Shown here: piece after piece, positions 1 through 13,167 of the stretch
How the letters are laid out: each line of letters begins with the position of its first letter
Numbering within the stretch: position 1 is the first letter of the stretch
DNA from: Catajapyx aquilonaris
Lineage: Eukaryota
Assembly (NCBI GenBank): GCA_000934665.2
Contig: KZ538625.1
Span: 1-59,229 of the forward strand
DNA length: 59,229 nt
Direction of reading: 5' to 3'
Made by a program: the position numbers and the translations under genes
Notes under the pieces: model-generated
The model's database searches: none
Told to the model about the DNA's origin: nothing
The model's input: the letters and a program-made list of their open reading frames with translations, nothing else

Positions 1-270
1 GCATTGCGAAAATCGCATTCTAAATATGAGTAAAAAAATAAAACTTATCAGATGAGCGCCTAAGCTTCAGCAGCGGAATCCGCCATTTTGTCCGCGACTT
101 AATTTTCGCGGCCCAAGCCAGATATTCGACGCTAGGTGGCTACAGCTATTGAGGCCAGATTGTAACCATGGGATACCAGCCTATTACAGTTCTGTTGGCA
201 TCACTGGTTGGCTCCAAAAAAATCTTTTGCTGATGTCGACATATGTCGACACCAGGTCTCAGGAGGATAA

Positions 271-1313
271 GGGGACGTCCACATATTACGTAACGGTATT
301 TTTGGCCATTTTTGACCCCCTCCCCCCCCCCCTCTGTAACAGACCGTAACGAACTTCTGAACCTCCCCCCCGTTACGTAACGCCCGCTATTTTTAAAATT
401 TCGTGCTTCGGAACGAGCCCCACGTGTTTCATGTATATAAAACCAAGGCAATAATTTTAAGAATATGTTTACTGTAAAACTAATGTACTTGTGAGAGAAA
501 AGAAAACTTTTGTACCGATACTAAAATTTAATATAGACAGAAATGATCTGTATTTCAGAAGATTTGTTTAAAAAGGCGAAGCCGAGGCGACTCAGGCTAT
601 GAGGCTCTTGGGAGGGTGGGGGGAGGGCGAAAGAAAGGGGGAGGGGAAGATAGTTTTTGGAGTGTGGGAGGAAATTTATAAAGGGAGAACCCCGATATAA
701 AACCCACGCAAGCGCGGAGAGAACTCCATCGAAACTCAACCCATATGGGAAATCCTTGGCCCAATCCGGGGATCGAACCTGGGATCCCAGAGGTGGGAGG
801 AGGCGGACTTTATAATATTAAACCACTACGCCACCGCGTCGCCCGTATTTCAGAAGAAAAACGAAAAAAATTAACGAACTACGTTACGTACAGGTGCGTA
901 TCTTTAAAGCTACACTATGGGCATGTTTTATATAAAAGAGAAAATAGTCAGAACAAAAATGTCATTTTTCTATGAATTTGAGACCCTGGAACAATTGTCA
1001 CGCAATAGGTATGGAATCAACAAGTAGTACAACATGTGACTCACATAAATACCTTCCATAAAAATAGTGAGGTTGTCAAGTTCCTACGAAAAGTCTAATA
1101 AATAGCTTTTTTCGCACGTTTTTTACCGATTCGGACCAGTAGCGGACGACGCAGCCACGCGGGCCACGCTGAGTCGCACTCGGAATATTTTTATACAGTG
1201 CGTTCAAATGCGTTACGTAACGACTACCCAACCACACCCCCCCCCCCATGTAACGGACCGTCACGCTCGCCCAAACCCCCTCCCCCCCTAAATCCCGTTA
1301 CGTAATATGTGGA
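271..1313. mobile_element. PIF/Harbinger-like MITE with a SINE inside; right end clipped
   Basis: TAA|GGGGACGTCCACATATTACGTAACGG at left is inverted by CCGTTACGTAATATGTGGA at right. Subterminal GTTACGTAAC motifs are repeated. Confidence 0.65.
563..844 (-). mobile_element. tRNA-derived SINE family A (V-domain-like body)
   Basis: A/B boxes on the minus strand (GGTTCGATCCC); 13-bp TSD GTATTTCAGAAGA at 550 and 845. Confidence 0.85.
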
Positions 1314-2056
1314 AAGGGGAACCGGATCATTATGCGTATTTTGGCGATACGGTTGCAACCGTATGCTACTCTTCACGACACCCTCGCCGCCTGTCGGCAG
1401 GAATGGGAAATGGGAGCAGGCGCAGCTCTGCCCGCGAATTCAAACCTGAACGTATTCGAACCGTATGCAACTGTTCACGACACCTGCGCCACCTATCGGC
1501 ACTGTGCGCGCTACACTTCTCCGGTTTGCCGCGGGATGGTGTTGAATCGCCCTTCTTAGCAGACGACGTGTGTAGATATATGATTTTCCGTGTTACCGTT
1601 GGACGTAGAAAAAAACCGATTGCACATTCGGAATCAGGATTTTTTGCCCGATTTTTGGGGACCAACTTGTATTTTGAGTGGAGTGTCCCTTTAAACAGTA
1701 GTAATTAAAGGACCACACGACAATGTAGCTACCACATTAATTTAACACTCCTAGCATGTGTTTAACAGTGACATTGGACCATCGGAAATGTGCCATATTT
1801 GCACAATAATTCGATTTTTTGGGGAATTTTTATTTTGCGTTCTAGCTAGGTTGTGCTACTAAGCTACTTCAAGCTGACGTACCCCGGGGCGGAAAGCTGC
1901 TTCTCTAGGCGGCCATGGTCAAGGCTGCCTGGGCTGCGAAATGGTGGTGTCTTCTAGGCTGATCTAAGGTGCGGTGAATCCTGGAGGGTCTGGTAGGTGC
2001 TCCGGGGCGATGCTATAGTGGCCGAAGATGGTGGTCCTCCCCTCGGAGGAGGGAGA

Positions 2057-4030
2057 ATGTAGGGAAAAATGAGATCAGCCAAAGTATAAGTGTGGGATGT
2101 CCATTCATATGTTTTCTGGCATGCACAAGCGAATGAAACCATAATCAAGGCCATAAAACCAACCGTTGACGAGATAAAACCAGGGTCCCCTACATGGTTG
2201 CCTCCCCCACCCTAACCAGGGTATTGTCTTCACATAGTCCTTATGCAATCTAGTTCCAATATGGCCGCCCCATGCTGCAGGATAGGGAATTGGCAAGCGA
2301 TTCGTTTTTGATTTTTTCAATTGTTTTTTTTTTCCTATGCAATTTTCCTATCTGATTTAGTTCCAATATGGCGGAGAGACAATACCCTGTCTAGGTGGGG
2401 GTGGCACTCATGTAGGTGACCCTGGATAAAACAAGTTTCCATTAAATTGTTTCCGGGGAACACAATAACCCAAGCCCTGTCCTGTCCCGCATTACTTTTA
2501 CCGACCTTTACTGACTTTGGCTTCCTGCTGCAAGTCCAACGTGCAGGGGAAATTTCAAAAAACCCTGACAGTATCAAGACATGTGAACAGCTTCGCAGGT
2601 ACAAACATTTTACACTAAAGTTTCACATAACACAGACCACTCCAATTTGCTCCAATCAAGAAAAATTTCTTACGAATGCAGATAATAAGAAACAGTTGAT
2701 CATTATGCTCAGCAATACATTTCGGGACGCTAACATTGAGGTTAGACAGTCATCTGGGAATGCTGACCTACTGATTTTACAGACAGCCATTCAGAAACAC
2801 AGCTGTGCCATTGTGAGTCAAGATACAGACATCCTAGTATGATTGATTCTTGATTGCTTTGGCTCCCTTAGATCGGGAAATATTCTTGCTTAAACCAAAG
2901 ATCGGTCGTACAAAGCAGAAAGTGTTTTCCTCTACAAGCCTCCAGTAACATGTGAACATCAACAAGCACATTCTCCTGGCCCACTATTTCAGTGGTTGTG
3001 ACACAACGAGTGCCATTTATGGAAAAGGGAAGAAGAACGTTATGAAGCTGCTTGAAGCGGAACCTCGATTTGGTCACACCATTGATGTTTTTCGGAAAAG
3101 TACAGCCACCGACAGTGAAGTTAGAAACGCTGGCGAAACTATTTCCTCTACCTCTATGGTTCCAATGATGGGAAACATAAAACTCTTGATGAACTGCGCT
3201 ACTTCATGTTCCAGAGGTCAGTAACCAAAAATGTTGCCAAATTGATGGAACACTTCCTCCCACATCAGCCAGTGCTGCCCAACATTCATATCGTGCATTC
3301 TACCAAGTGCAACTTTGGCAAGGGAATACACTGGATCCACAACAGTGGGGTTGGCTTCATCAAGACAATGATCTGCACCACTCTTGTCTGCACCCAATCA
3401 GAACAACTCTTGACCCTGCCCCCGAGGCCATCCTGAGGTTGATATCTTGTTCCTGCAAAGGAAACTGCTCTAGTTCTTGATGCTCCTGTGTGAAAACCGG
3501 TGTGAAGTGTTCTGCTTTGTGCAAATTTTGTGAAGGAGGGGCCTGCTCGAACAGCTCTATGGATATCCCGACTTCATTAGAATGTGCAGCTATGCTACTG
3601 GAGGACACTGATGGAGACCTAGATTATGGCTATTCACCTTCTGGTAATGAGGATTGCATGTGACATTATTATTCAGGAGCATTTATGTTTTGCTCTCTAA
3701 TTCCTCTTCTTTTTTCATTTGTCTTGTACTTTCAAGATTAAAACTTGTTTTATCTCGTCAACTGTTGGTTTTATCGCATTGATTATGGTTTGATTCACTT
3801 GTGCATGCCAGAAAACATATGAATGGACATCCCACACTTATACTTTGGTTGATCTCATTTTTCCCTACATCCCCCCCCCCCTCCCCAACCNNNNNNNACC
3901 CCCCCCCCCCCCCAATTCATTAGGAACTCATCGGATTCTTGCACTGCATTATCAATAGGAGCTATAACCAAAGTTTCAGGAGGGTACCATTTTTTCCTTA
4001 TTCAAACCAATTTAACATATCTGGTGACTA
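2057..4030 (+). mobile_element. Degenerate Academ(X)-like DNA transposon: XPG-like nuclease plus Cys-cluster remnant between long inverted repeats
   Basis: Broken frames NKKQLI..ADLLI..DTDILV, HYFSGCDTTSAIYGKGK and a C-terminal CSCKGNC..CSCVKTGVKCSALCKFC..C. ~125-bp inverted repeat at 2057-2180/3747-3870; right end ...GGTGACTA. Confidence 0.65.
3891..3897. other. Assembly gap within poly-C
   Basis: Run of N; further Ns at 43569-43592 and 49433. Confidence 0.99.
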
Positions 4031-4337
4031 GTTAGTAGTATGCTCAGATTGTAGTTTTCAGGGCTTGCATGTAATTATAATGCATCTCATTGTAATGAAT
4101 GTAAAATTTCATGTTTTTAGCTTACTTTAATTATCTTGTCTCCTTCATTGTCGAGTACCTCCTTCCTTCATAAGGAAAGATCACTTTGTTGTTGACGAAC
4201 CCATACAAGTTTACCATACTTACCATAAAAGTTTATTTTCATTCCTCCCATGACTTTGCAGTTGGGTATCACTCAGCAAACCCTGAAAGCACAAGTGCCA
4301 CATGAAAGTGGTGGGAGAAGCAGGGAACTCGATATAA

Positions 4338-4634
4338 TAATAATTTGTACCCCGTACTGGAGCCATGGGCCCTCTTAGGGGGGTGGGATACCACCATATT
4401 TTTTAAAATCTTGAACTCTTGCTTTCGTTTTTACTTCTCGTATATGGGGATGGGATAGGGACAGAAGGAAGCGGCTGTGGCATATAATTACGGACACGAC
4501 CCCGGAATTTTCCTGGTGAGACCATGGGAAACCAAAGAAAACCACGGTCAGGGTCGGCGGCCACCGGGATTCGAACCCAGGACCTCCTGATTAGCAGTCG
4601 GATACCATATCCCCTCCGCTACCACTGCTTCGGT
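4338..4634 (-). mobile_element. tRNA-derived SINE family B
   Basis: Head ACCGAAGCAGTGGTAGCGG...GGTTCGAATCCC; TSD CAGGGAACTCGATATAT at 4321 and 4635. Confidence 0.88.
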
Positions 4635-5933
4635 CAGGGAACTCGATATATTTCTGTTGTTGATGTGACTAGAAGTTGTACAAAATGAGGTGTGTGGTGG
4701 GAAAAGGTGATAACCCTCATTTTTGACATTAACACCTAGCAATAACTATGTAAAAGACATGAGAAACAGTTTGGTATACCCCAAGTTCATGTATCATGCA
4801 TGAGTCAGCAACACGGACTAGATCAAAACCAGCATTCCCTATGATTTGTGAAGAGTGCCAACATAAATTTGCTCTCCGAAAAATTACACTTTTGTGGGTT
4901 ATCACCTTTTTCCACCATGCCCCTCAAATGGGGAAATCTTGCGACTTGCACTCATTCAGAAATACAATTGCTAAAAAGCTCTCAATTTAAATAATCATGA
5001 AAAAAAAAAATCCTCCATACATTCATATACATACTATACTGTAGAAGTGTCATATCGTCAGCATTAGGGAGGATGGCCAAAGAGATGGCCCGATAATGTA
5101 TAATTATAAATGCTGCACATGTACAGTAGATTTGGTTTTCCTACATGTGATGCTCCCACTTCTTGTCATACAATTATTTGAACATGACAAATATGCCAAA
5201 TATTTTCATCGTGCCCCAAAAAAGCCCAGACAGTGGAAAATCCAAGTCTGGGAGAAACCCATCCCCCTCCCACCCACCATGCGCTATTGCTTCAACATGG
5301 GTGAAATTCTTGGGAGAGAAGCGCTCTTTTGCATCTCATATGGGTGCATTTCAGTGACAAGAGGCTATACTGCTTAATGAGAAACCTCTCAGTCACCAAC
5401 AAAGGTGTGAATTTTAAAAACATGAGTATTATGTTATATGATACTGTGTACATTTAATACACTACTGGTTACCTCAACATACACAGAACATTACAAGGTG
5501 TAATAGATTACTCTTAACAATTACTCAAAATTATAACCAAGTAATAATTTTAGTACTACGAATAAAATCAGGTCACTCAGTGTGGAACCACTATCACTGG
5601 TTTCTTTTAGCCTGTGTGGTGACCACTCAAACTTCTTACTCTCCTTTACTTATCTACCTACACCCCCACGTCCTATAGAACAAAAGGTACAAAAACAAAA
5701 AAGTACATATAATAGGTACATCAGAGAAGTGAGCTTCCGGTTTGGGCATTCAAAGATCTTCTGAGAATTTCCCCCTAAACGCTACATTGCCACATGTGTG
5801 TGTGATGGCACATGCAATCATCTCAAACTACTACTGTACATAATCACCACATTCATTTAGGCATTTTTATCATACCATCAAAGCAGCTTTTGTATGTCTC
5901 TATCAAAGGCTCTTGCTACCAAGTCAAATTATA

Positions 5934-6268
5934 CAGGGTGATTCTCTCGAATGGAAACCCAAACATTCCTCAATAACGTTTTAACTATGGTATGGTTCCC
6001 GGTGAAAATTGACATGTACTTACCTTGTATCATGCCAAACAAGGTCTGACTAAAGAATGTACCAAAAGTGGTCCCCTCCAGCATCCAGGAGTTTTTTAAT
6101 GCGAGTCTGCATCTTTACCGAAGACTCCTGCCGACTGGCGGCGGGGATGGCTCAATCTCCAGCCCGCCCGCCCGCTTTGCAGGGGAGAATCTCATGGCAA
6201 CAGGAACCATACCATAGGTAACAAGTTATTGAGGAATGTTTGGGTTTCCATTCGAGAGAATCACCCTG
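5934..6268. mobile_element. Tc1/mariner-derived MITE
   Basis: TA|CAGGGTGATTCTCTCGAATGGAAACCCAAACATTCCTCAATAAC perfect TIR on both sides with TA TSD. Minus strand holds a transposase C-terminus-like remnant (RIKKLLDAGGDHF). Confidence 0.9.
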
Positions 6269-6332
6269 TATATCTTGGGCTCATGCCTGCCAAATTTCTG
6301 AAGATGGCAAAAGTAGCTAAAATCATTAGGTA

Positions 6333-6722
6333 CAGTACCCTGCATTAATGGCCATGCACAGACATCGCCACCTGGCCAGATTGAGCGGAACTAGGCGTCC
6401 GGTGGGCTGTGTCCAAAAATACTTTGATGATCAAGACTGCTCTAGACGGCTCAAGATATCGCGGTGGATTAACAGGCATTCGCTTGGTCCGTGTAATAAC
6501 TGGTTCACAACCTCAATACATTGATAGGAATGGCAATGGTAGTATAATTCATCCCACATATATATCTGTGATCCGCTGTGATCCATCTTTGTAGCAAGAG
6601 TTTGAATCTACCACTATATCTTGAGCTGTCCAAGTATTTTGGACGCACCCCACTGACGCATATTTCCGCTCGTTCTTGGACAGGTGGCAATGTCTGTGCA
6701 TGGCCATTAATGCAGGGTACTG
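6333..6722. mobile_element. Tc1/pogo-type MITE (copy 1)
   Basis: TIR CAGTACCCTGCATTAATGGCCATGCACAGACAT with TA TSD; second copy at 29642-30022. Confidence 0.9.
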
Positions 6723-7687
6723 TACAAGGTTGGGGTTGTGTGGTGAATACTCAGAGATGTTCCACTGTTTGAGTCGTTAATGTGTTTGATTGCACATTCT
6801 ATTGCATCCCTCTCAAAAAGTGCTGGTGGACCATCCTCCTACACTATTATTCTTTAGAGTCCCAACCTTGCAACAACTGGTTTTACTCCATCAAGAAATT
6901 TTAAAGACTTGCCTTGGTAGGCAGCATTCTCAACACAGGCATACAAAAGCTGGTTCCACGCCCCAAATGTGTTCCTTTATTGAAATGATTATGTGCAGCC
7001 ATACCAAAATGTATTTGCATCTATGTTGCCATGTATTTTGGATGGAATTCTCAGAACACGTTTTACACAGATGACACCTCACAGCCTCGCTGGATGGGCC
7101 AATATATCATACTTGGCCCACATTACAACTTAAAGTTTGAAGTTTCTGCAGTGGGGTGCTTACATTGGTACAACTGCAAATCGCCCAGCTGCATGAATGC
7201 AGCATTAACCTGACAGAAAATCCTACTTACCACATGTGACTGATATGCACCATATTTTACATCACAAGAACATGCATTTTGTCAAATTATATTAAGCAAT
7301 TATGGTAATGATTATTCTAGTATTATACAAATTCTGCTTATTATGCTAGTATTATGCAAATTCTAGTGACAATATTATTCAAAGATATCTTGGGTCTACA
7401 GTGAATGAGCACTTATTTTTGGTCCACAGCATGCAGTCCCTCCAGCAGTTGTAGGCAGGCTGACATCATTTGCTGGATGGCTGCAGACAGCTCAGCCTCA
7501 CTGCTTCCTGCTATAGCCAGGACTCCTGTAATGTTGATTTGGAAATGCCTATCTCTTTGTTTGTTTGTCTAGGGTGAGTCACCACCTCAACTCAGGAACA
7601 CATCTGAGTTCCGGTGATGACACCCTGCACAAACACACATACTGATTATTATCAGTTTAGCAATTTTCAGCCACTGGTTCACTAGTA

Positions 7688-8646
7688 GGGGAGATCGGGG
7701 TCAGTTGTAACAGGGTACGGTTGTAACATCGCCAATAATAAATATGGTACTTCCAAAAAGTCCTGAAGCTGAAACTCACACAGCACGTGTGTCACTATGG
7801 TCTCTAAGCCAGGCAAAACCTAGGCTTCTCCTTTTTCGTTTTTTGTTCTTCTATATGCAAAAAACCAAAATCAAGGTGTGTTCCCAACTTTTGTAAGTGA
7901 CAGTAACCAAGTGATTATGCGGGGGGTAGATGTGTTATTGAATTGCCCTTGGTATCATGGGAAAGGTTCCTTTCGTAGGGTCACACTGATGGTATGGATG
8001 ACCAAATCATGTGCACAGTTAAAAAGTAGTAAGCATATCTACAAGACAACACACAAAGGGGACAGTTGTAACAGCCTCCTTGGGGTCAGTTGTAACATTG
8101 TAAAATCATTGGAGATAGGTCAAGTCTGTGTACAGATGCTACAGCTACACATCTCACAGGACATTGAGAGTAGAAACAGCTATTATTTTGTGCAATAAAG
8201 CCTCTTATAACCAGTTTGTCGAAAATTTATATGAATAAAGAATCTATTGCACTACTATTCTGCTGAATAAATCCAGTGCATCGAGAGATAAAGAGCAATC
8301 TATGTGGATCAAGTACGCTATAAAGACAATTGCCAAGAAGATGAGTGGGTGTAAACTGTTCTTCCATATTACATTTACCATTCAAGTATTTTAAGACATA
8401 GTGTTACAATCAACCCTGCCCTCTGTTACAACCACCCCTATGATTGGGTCGGTTGTAACACTCTGCCTTGCCTTGAAAAAATATTTATAAATCTATAAAT
8501 TTGTAATCTTAAGATTTCATTATGACAATTTTACAAAGATGAATGTTGCCTTATTTTCATCATGTCAAAAACCTTTGCCTAAATGCATATGTAACTGAAT
8601 TAAAAAATCAAGACTACAAAGTGTTACCACCGACCCCGATCTCCCC
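7688..8646. mobile_element. Non-autonomous DNA transposon with GGGGAGATCGGGGTC TIRs
   Basis: TA|GGGGAGATCGGGGTC...GACCCCGATCTCCCC|TA; the motif GGTCAGTTGTAACA is repeated internally. Confidence 0.85.
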
Positions 8647-8648
8647 TA

Positions 8649-8810
8649 CAGCATTGGACATTAATCGCATCGTACTGCTAGTAACATTTTCTGAAGAGGC
8701 AGAAGAACGAATCGAAGCAATGGATAGTACGAGCCGTGCAAGCAAGATTCGTTCTTTTGCCGCTTCAGAAAATGTTTCTAGCAGTACGACGCGATTAATG
8801 TCCAACACTG
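8649..8810. mobile_element. 162-bp hairpin MITE (copy 1)
   Basis: ~65-bp inverted arms with TA flanks; same family as 49219-49380. Confidence 0.88.
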
Positions 8811-9415
8811 TACACCAATATTCTTCTCAATCACTTAAAACTGAATTGTTGCTAATCTATGACAACCACTCCATTCCAGTTCCAGTCAACTTCCACTTGG
8901 TCCCATTTATTTTCCATTACATTATTTCACCATCCCCTCATATTCCATGAACTTCCCCTTAACTACCCTTCATTTTATTTCCATTGGAATGTATGTGATA
9001 TGGTTGGAACTAACTGTAGCAAAAATCTGGTCATTTACAAGCTTGCAGCATTAAGCTTATCAGACACTTCTTGAATGTGTTTCCAAAAGTCAGTGCTATC
9101 ACTTTCCAATCACCAATCTAAAGGCTGTTTCACTAATTTAGCAATTAGCAGCAAGGGATTGAGGGGCACAATCATAGGACCATCTCCCATGAAAAGCATT
9201 CCAATAAACAGTCATGACCCCTATGCTGCTGGCTCCAAACCTGCTTCTCATCTGCCCAAAGTTCGTAGGGTTGGACTTATGCAATCCAGATCCACTCAGT
9301 CAACACCCACCAATAAAACGTGGAATGTGTGAATTTCTGCCATGCACAATCCACCTCCTAAGTGCCAATTTCTTGCCCTCCTCACTTTCCACAAAATTTG
9401 TGAAACAGTCTTTAA

Positions 9416-10826
9416 CCCCTTGACCCCCAGCCGCTTAGAATCTAGGGGCTGAGAACTCGCCCGCCAGGTACCAGCTATACCTCCTCGATTCTTTTCGCTT
9501 CTGTTCCACTTGCATATAAGGACAAGGTATTTTACAAATAATAATAGCTATACTTTGACATTCATGGTCTACACAATGCATGTTTTGGAAACAATTTTAC
9601 TTATAGAAGTCTGTAAATTAATTTCCGAAAAGATTGCAGCACAGTATACCTGCTATATTTCTGCCTAGATTTTCTCTTCTGTTCAACTTACAAGTACTCT
9701 GAAGGTAAGGGCAAGATATTTCACAAATAGTAATAGCTATACTTACCCATTCATGCAAAACACAACATATGTATTGGAAACAATTTTCCTTGGCTAAAAG
9801 TCCGTAAATTAATTTCCAAAAAGATCACCGTAAAGTATGAAAATCCGAGTGATACCGGCCAACTGTTAGGGTGATTTAATTATGAAATACATTAAAATAT
9901 ACGGAATAACAATCTTGAGAACCATGCCAGAAGGCTTTGTTGAAATCGTTGTACTTTCCGAGAAATAAATTAATACTTTTCTGCGACTTGCCTGTCACTT
10001 CGGATTACTCCCAAATTTTCTTGTTTCTCAAAAAGTATGATGATTTCAGCAAATCCATTTGGCACCCTTCTCTAAATTGTTATTCTGTATATTTTAACGT
10101 ATTACATAACTAAATGAGCCCAACAGTTGTCCAGCAGTACTCGAATTTCGGGTTTTTACAGCAATCGTTTTGGAAATTAATTTAGGAACTTCTATGGGAG
10201 GGAAATTGTTGTCAACACATTCATAACGTTTTCCCTGAACGGTAAGTAGAACTGTTATTATTTGTAAAATATACCGAAGCAGTGGTAGCGGAGGGGATTT
10301 GGTATCCGGCTGCTAATCGGGAGGTCCTGGGTTCGATCTCCGGTGCCGGCAACTCTGACCGTGGTTTTCTGTGGTTTCCCACGGTCCCTCCAGGGAAATC
10401 CCGGAGTTGTTTCCGTAATAACAGGCCACAGCCGCTTCCTTCCCTTCCTATCCTTGTCCCATACCTGAGGAGGTGCGGGGTCTGTGGGGGGTTTCAGATC
10501 CCGCACCAAGGGAGTCATCTATGGCGAACGGGCCCCCTGAGGGACTGCACACGACCCCCAACATATAGACAATGCACTTGCACCAGTGTCCCTCCCTCAT
10601 ATCCCTATCCTTCCCTTGCACCGGAGAGAAAAAGAAAAAGAAATTCAGAAAACTGATGGTGGTGTGCCACCCCCCAAAGAGGCCCTTGATGCCTAGCACG
10701 GGGTAAAATATCTTGTTAGTATCGTCAGCGCACGAGTAAGCGGAAAACTAGGCAGTGGCGGGTATAGCTGGTACCTGGCGGTCGAGTTCTCAGCGCCTAG
10801 ATTCTAGGCGGCTGGGGCTCACGGGG
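9416..10826. mobile_element. piggyBac-like non-autonomous element containing a SINE
   Basis: TTAA|CCCC...GGGG|TTAA; ~65-bp TIR (CCCCAGCCGC..AGAATCTAGG..CTGAGAACTCG..CGCCAGGTACCAGCTATACC); internal degenerate duplications. Confidence 0.88.
10273..10702 (+). mobile_element. tRNA-derived SINE family B, long form
   Basis: A/B boxes; central GGCCACAGCCGCTTCCTTCCC domain; TSD GTAAAATAT at 10264 and 10703. Confidence 0.88.
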
Positions 10827-11427
10827 TTAACCTCCATTACAATCACTCCTCATTCACCTTCACTCATATTTATTCACTTCAATCCCCAGCCATAAATTAC
10901 GTAGGAACAACAAATATGCTATAGTCAATGCCACAGTCTTGTATAATAAACAGGTCACGCAATTCCCTCCCCTTTTGCGTGAGCTTTGATGTGCACCGAT
11001 TTGGCTGATTTGGCACTGCCTTCACAGGTCGCTCCACGGAGCATTTGTTCGGGCCATGTTTGGGCGGCTGGTGGACGCGGCTCTGCGAATGTGCTATGGA
11101 CCCAGCTGCATTGGTTTGGGTTGCTTCAGAAGGCGTCCGCCCGAACGCCTAATCCTCCGTGGAGCGACGCCAGCGCCAAATCGAACATTCACGGGGGAAT
11201 GGAACTAAGCTCGCAGCCCTCTGCATAAGGCTGGGGTAGAAGTTGCGGGGGGCTGGTCAATGCACATCCTAGAGAATGTCCTCCCAATTTTCAATTTTAA
11301 TGGAGATGCCCTCATTCAACAGAAGGAGTACATAAGTGTCCTTCTGTTGTCCTCCTTTTGTTGTGTGAGGGCACCTCAATTGAAATTTGAAAAGTGGGAG
11401 GTTCCAGAAGTACATTCTAGTTATCTA

Positions 11428-12212
11428 CGAGGGCCCTTCAATAAAGAATGAGAATGATTTTTTAAATGAGAAAGTAGGGAAGTCCTATCATGAGAGTGAT
11501 ATATTTAAGTACGTCTGTCGAAGATGCATGTGCATGCTTATGCGCAGAAGTCTACTGCTCATTATGTGGGTGTCGTGGCGTCACAAACACCACCACCCTT
11601 GATGTCACCTCCAGAGTCATGGCATCGACATGTGTGAAGCAGTACACCGCGCTAAAATTCTTATTTTTCCTCAAGAAGACAGCCAGTGAGTCGTACTCCA
11701 CACTGACATAGGCATACGGAGAAAATATGCTCAAGAAGAGTCCCGAATCCACCTGTAAACAGGGTGCTCTGGGAGCTCGTGCCAGAGCGTTGACGGAGTT
11801 CTATCTGATTTGTTACAAGTATCTGTTGGTGGTGTGCACACAATTATGCATAACCACCTGCACATGAGGCATGTATCGGCTCAGGCAGGAGCTCCAAAAG
11901 CACCCTGGTTGCAGGTGGATTCAGGACCCTCTGGCAGTACATCTTCTCCATATGCCTATGTCATCATGAAGTAGGCCTCACTGGCCATCTTCTTATACTG
12001 CTCTTCACATGTTAACGGCATGACTCAGGAGGCGATTTCAGGGGGGTACGCGATTGTGTTGACACCACACCCACATGGTGTGCAGTAGACTTCTGTGCAT
12101 AAGCATGCACATCCATCTTCGCCAGTTGTACTTAAATATATAACCATCATGATAGTACCTCCCTACTTTCTCATTTAAAAAATCCCTCTCATTCTTTATT
12201 GAAAGGTCCTCG
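11428..12212. mobile_element. Fold-back element built from two mariner 5' ends
   Basis: TA|CGAGG...CCTCG|TA; arms inverted over ~360 bp. The left arm encodes a mariner N-terminal HTH remnant (KQYTALKFLFFLKKTASESYSTLT*AYGEN). Confidence 0.85.
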
Positions 12213-12866
12213 TAGAATGTCAATTGACTGTACAATGACAAACATATATACACAACTACTCACCAGTAATGCAAGATGAAGAGTAGTCTTGCTCATCACC
12301 TCCTTGCGTCCAAGCAGCAACAATGGCCCTCATTATGCATGCTAATTCGCTTACATCTTCTCCTGAATCTTTGTCCTCTTCCTCAGCCTCCTGCTTAAGG
12401 AACTCAACATCTTCCTCCCCAAATTGTCCTTGGGATTCCCAGAAATCATTGCACGACCGAGGTCGGGTTCTCCAGCATCGGATCACAGCGGGCCAGTTCC
12501 CTTGGGCAGCCAGAGTAGCCAGTGTGGTTGACAAATCCTCTCCAGTCCCTTCTCCATCCCTTACATCTTCTTCAAAGTATCCATCTCCACCACCACCACT
12601 GATGACGCCTTTCAGTTGCTGCATTATTACGGTGGCATCCTCCGAGGCATCTTTTATCTGAAGTGACAAGCATTGCAACTGTAAAATGCCATGTAGGTAA
12701 CCAGCAACAGTGCATGGGCAGGGTGAGCAGGGTCGGGACCTCTTTATGATTGTGACATCTAAACCTTTTTTTAGAGGCACGATTTTTATGCAATTAATGT
12801 GTATTCTCAATGTTTATTAACAAGAACCAAAAAAATTAAATTCTGAGCCCTAACTGCTATAATTAT

Positions 12867-13167
12867 ATGGGTGGCATGGTGGTCTAGTGGTTACGGGTTA
12901 CGCCATTGGCCAGCCAAGCGGGAGGCCGGGGTTCAAATCCCGTCCCCGTCACCTCTGCTTGGCTGGGTCTTTTTCCGGTTTTCACCCAACATGCCAGAGC
13001 AGAATTGCACTCCCTACTCTGCCCAGGGCCAGGAGAAAAGGCCTGGTGTTAAAGAATGCCAGAAATGGCTGTCGCATGGCGCCCTCCCTTGGGAACTTCC
13101 GCTTCCCCCCTAAGAGGGTCTCGAGCCCTATCACGGGGTTTTAAAAAATAAATAAAAATAGGAAAAA
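12867..13167 (+). mobile_element. tRNA-derived SINE family C
   Basis: GGTGGCATGGTGGTCTAGTGG...GGTTCAAATCCC; A-rich tail; TSD TGCTATAATTAT at 12855 and 13168. Confidence 0.88.

Noticed and set aside
1314..1740. Possible Kolobok-like TTAA-flanked element ends (GAGTGTCCCTTTAA, TTAAAGGACC)
   Set aside because: Could not pair both termini or a TSD confidently.
7700..8470. Repeated GTTGTAACA motif suggestive of a CRISPR-like array
   Set aside because: Irregular spacing, both orientations, inside a TIR element in eukaryotic DNA; best explained as transposase-binding subterminal motifs.
8543..8950. Similar peptides (LDINR..LLATFSEAA) recurring on both strands here and at 49175-49427
   Set aside because: Artefact of translating two copies of a palindromic MITE.
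10273..10350. tRNA-like sequences here and at 4560-4634, 12869-12945, 15381-15455 and 45870-45947
   Set aside because: They continue into SINE bodies and tails with TSDs, so they are SINE heads rather than tRNA genes.
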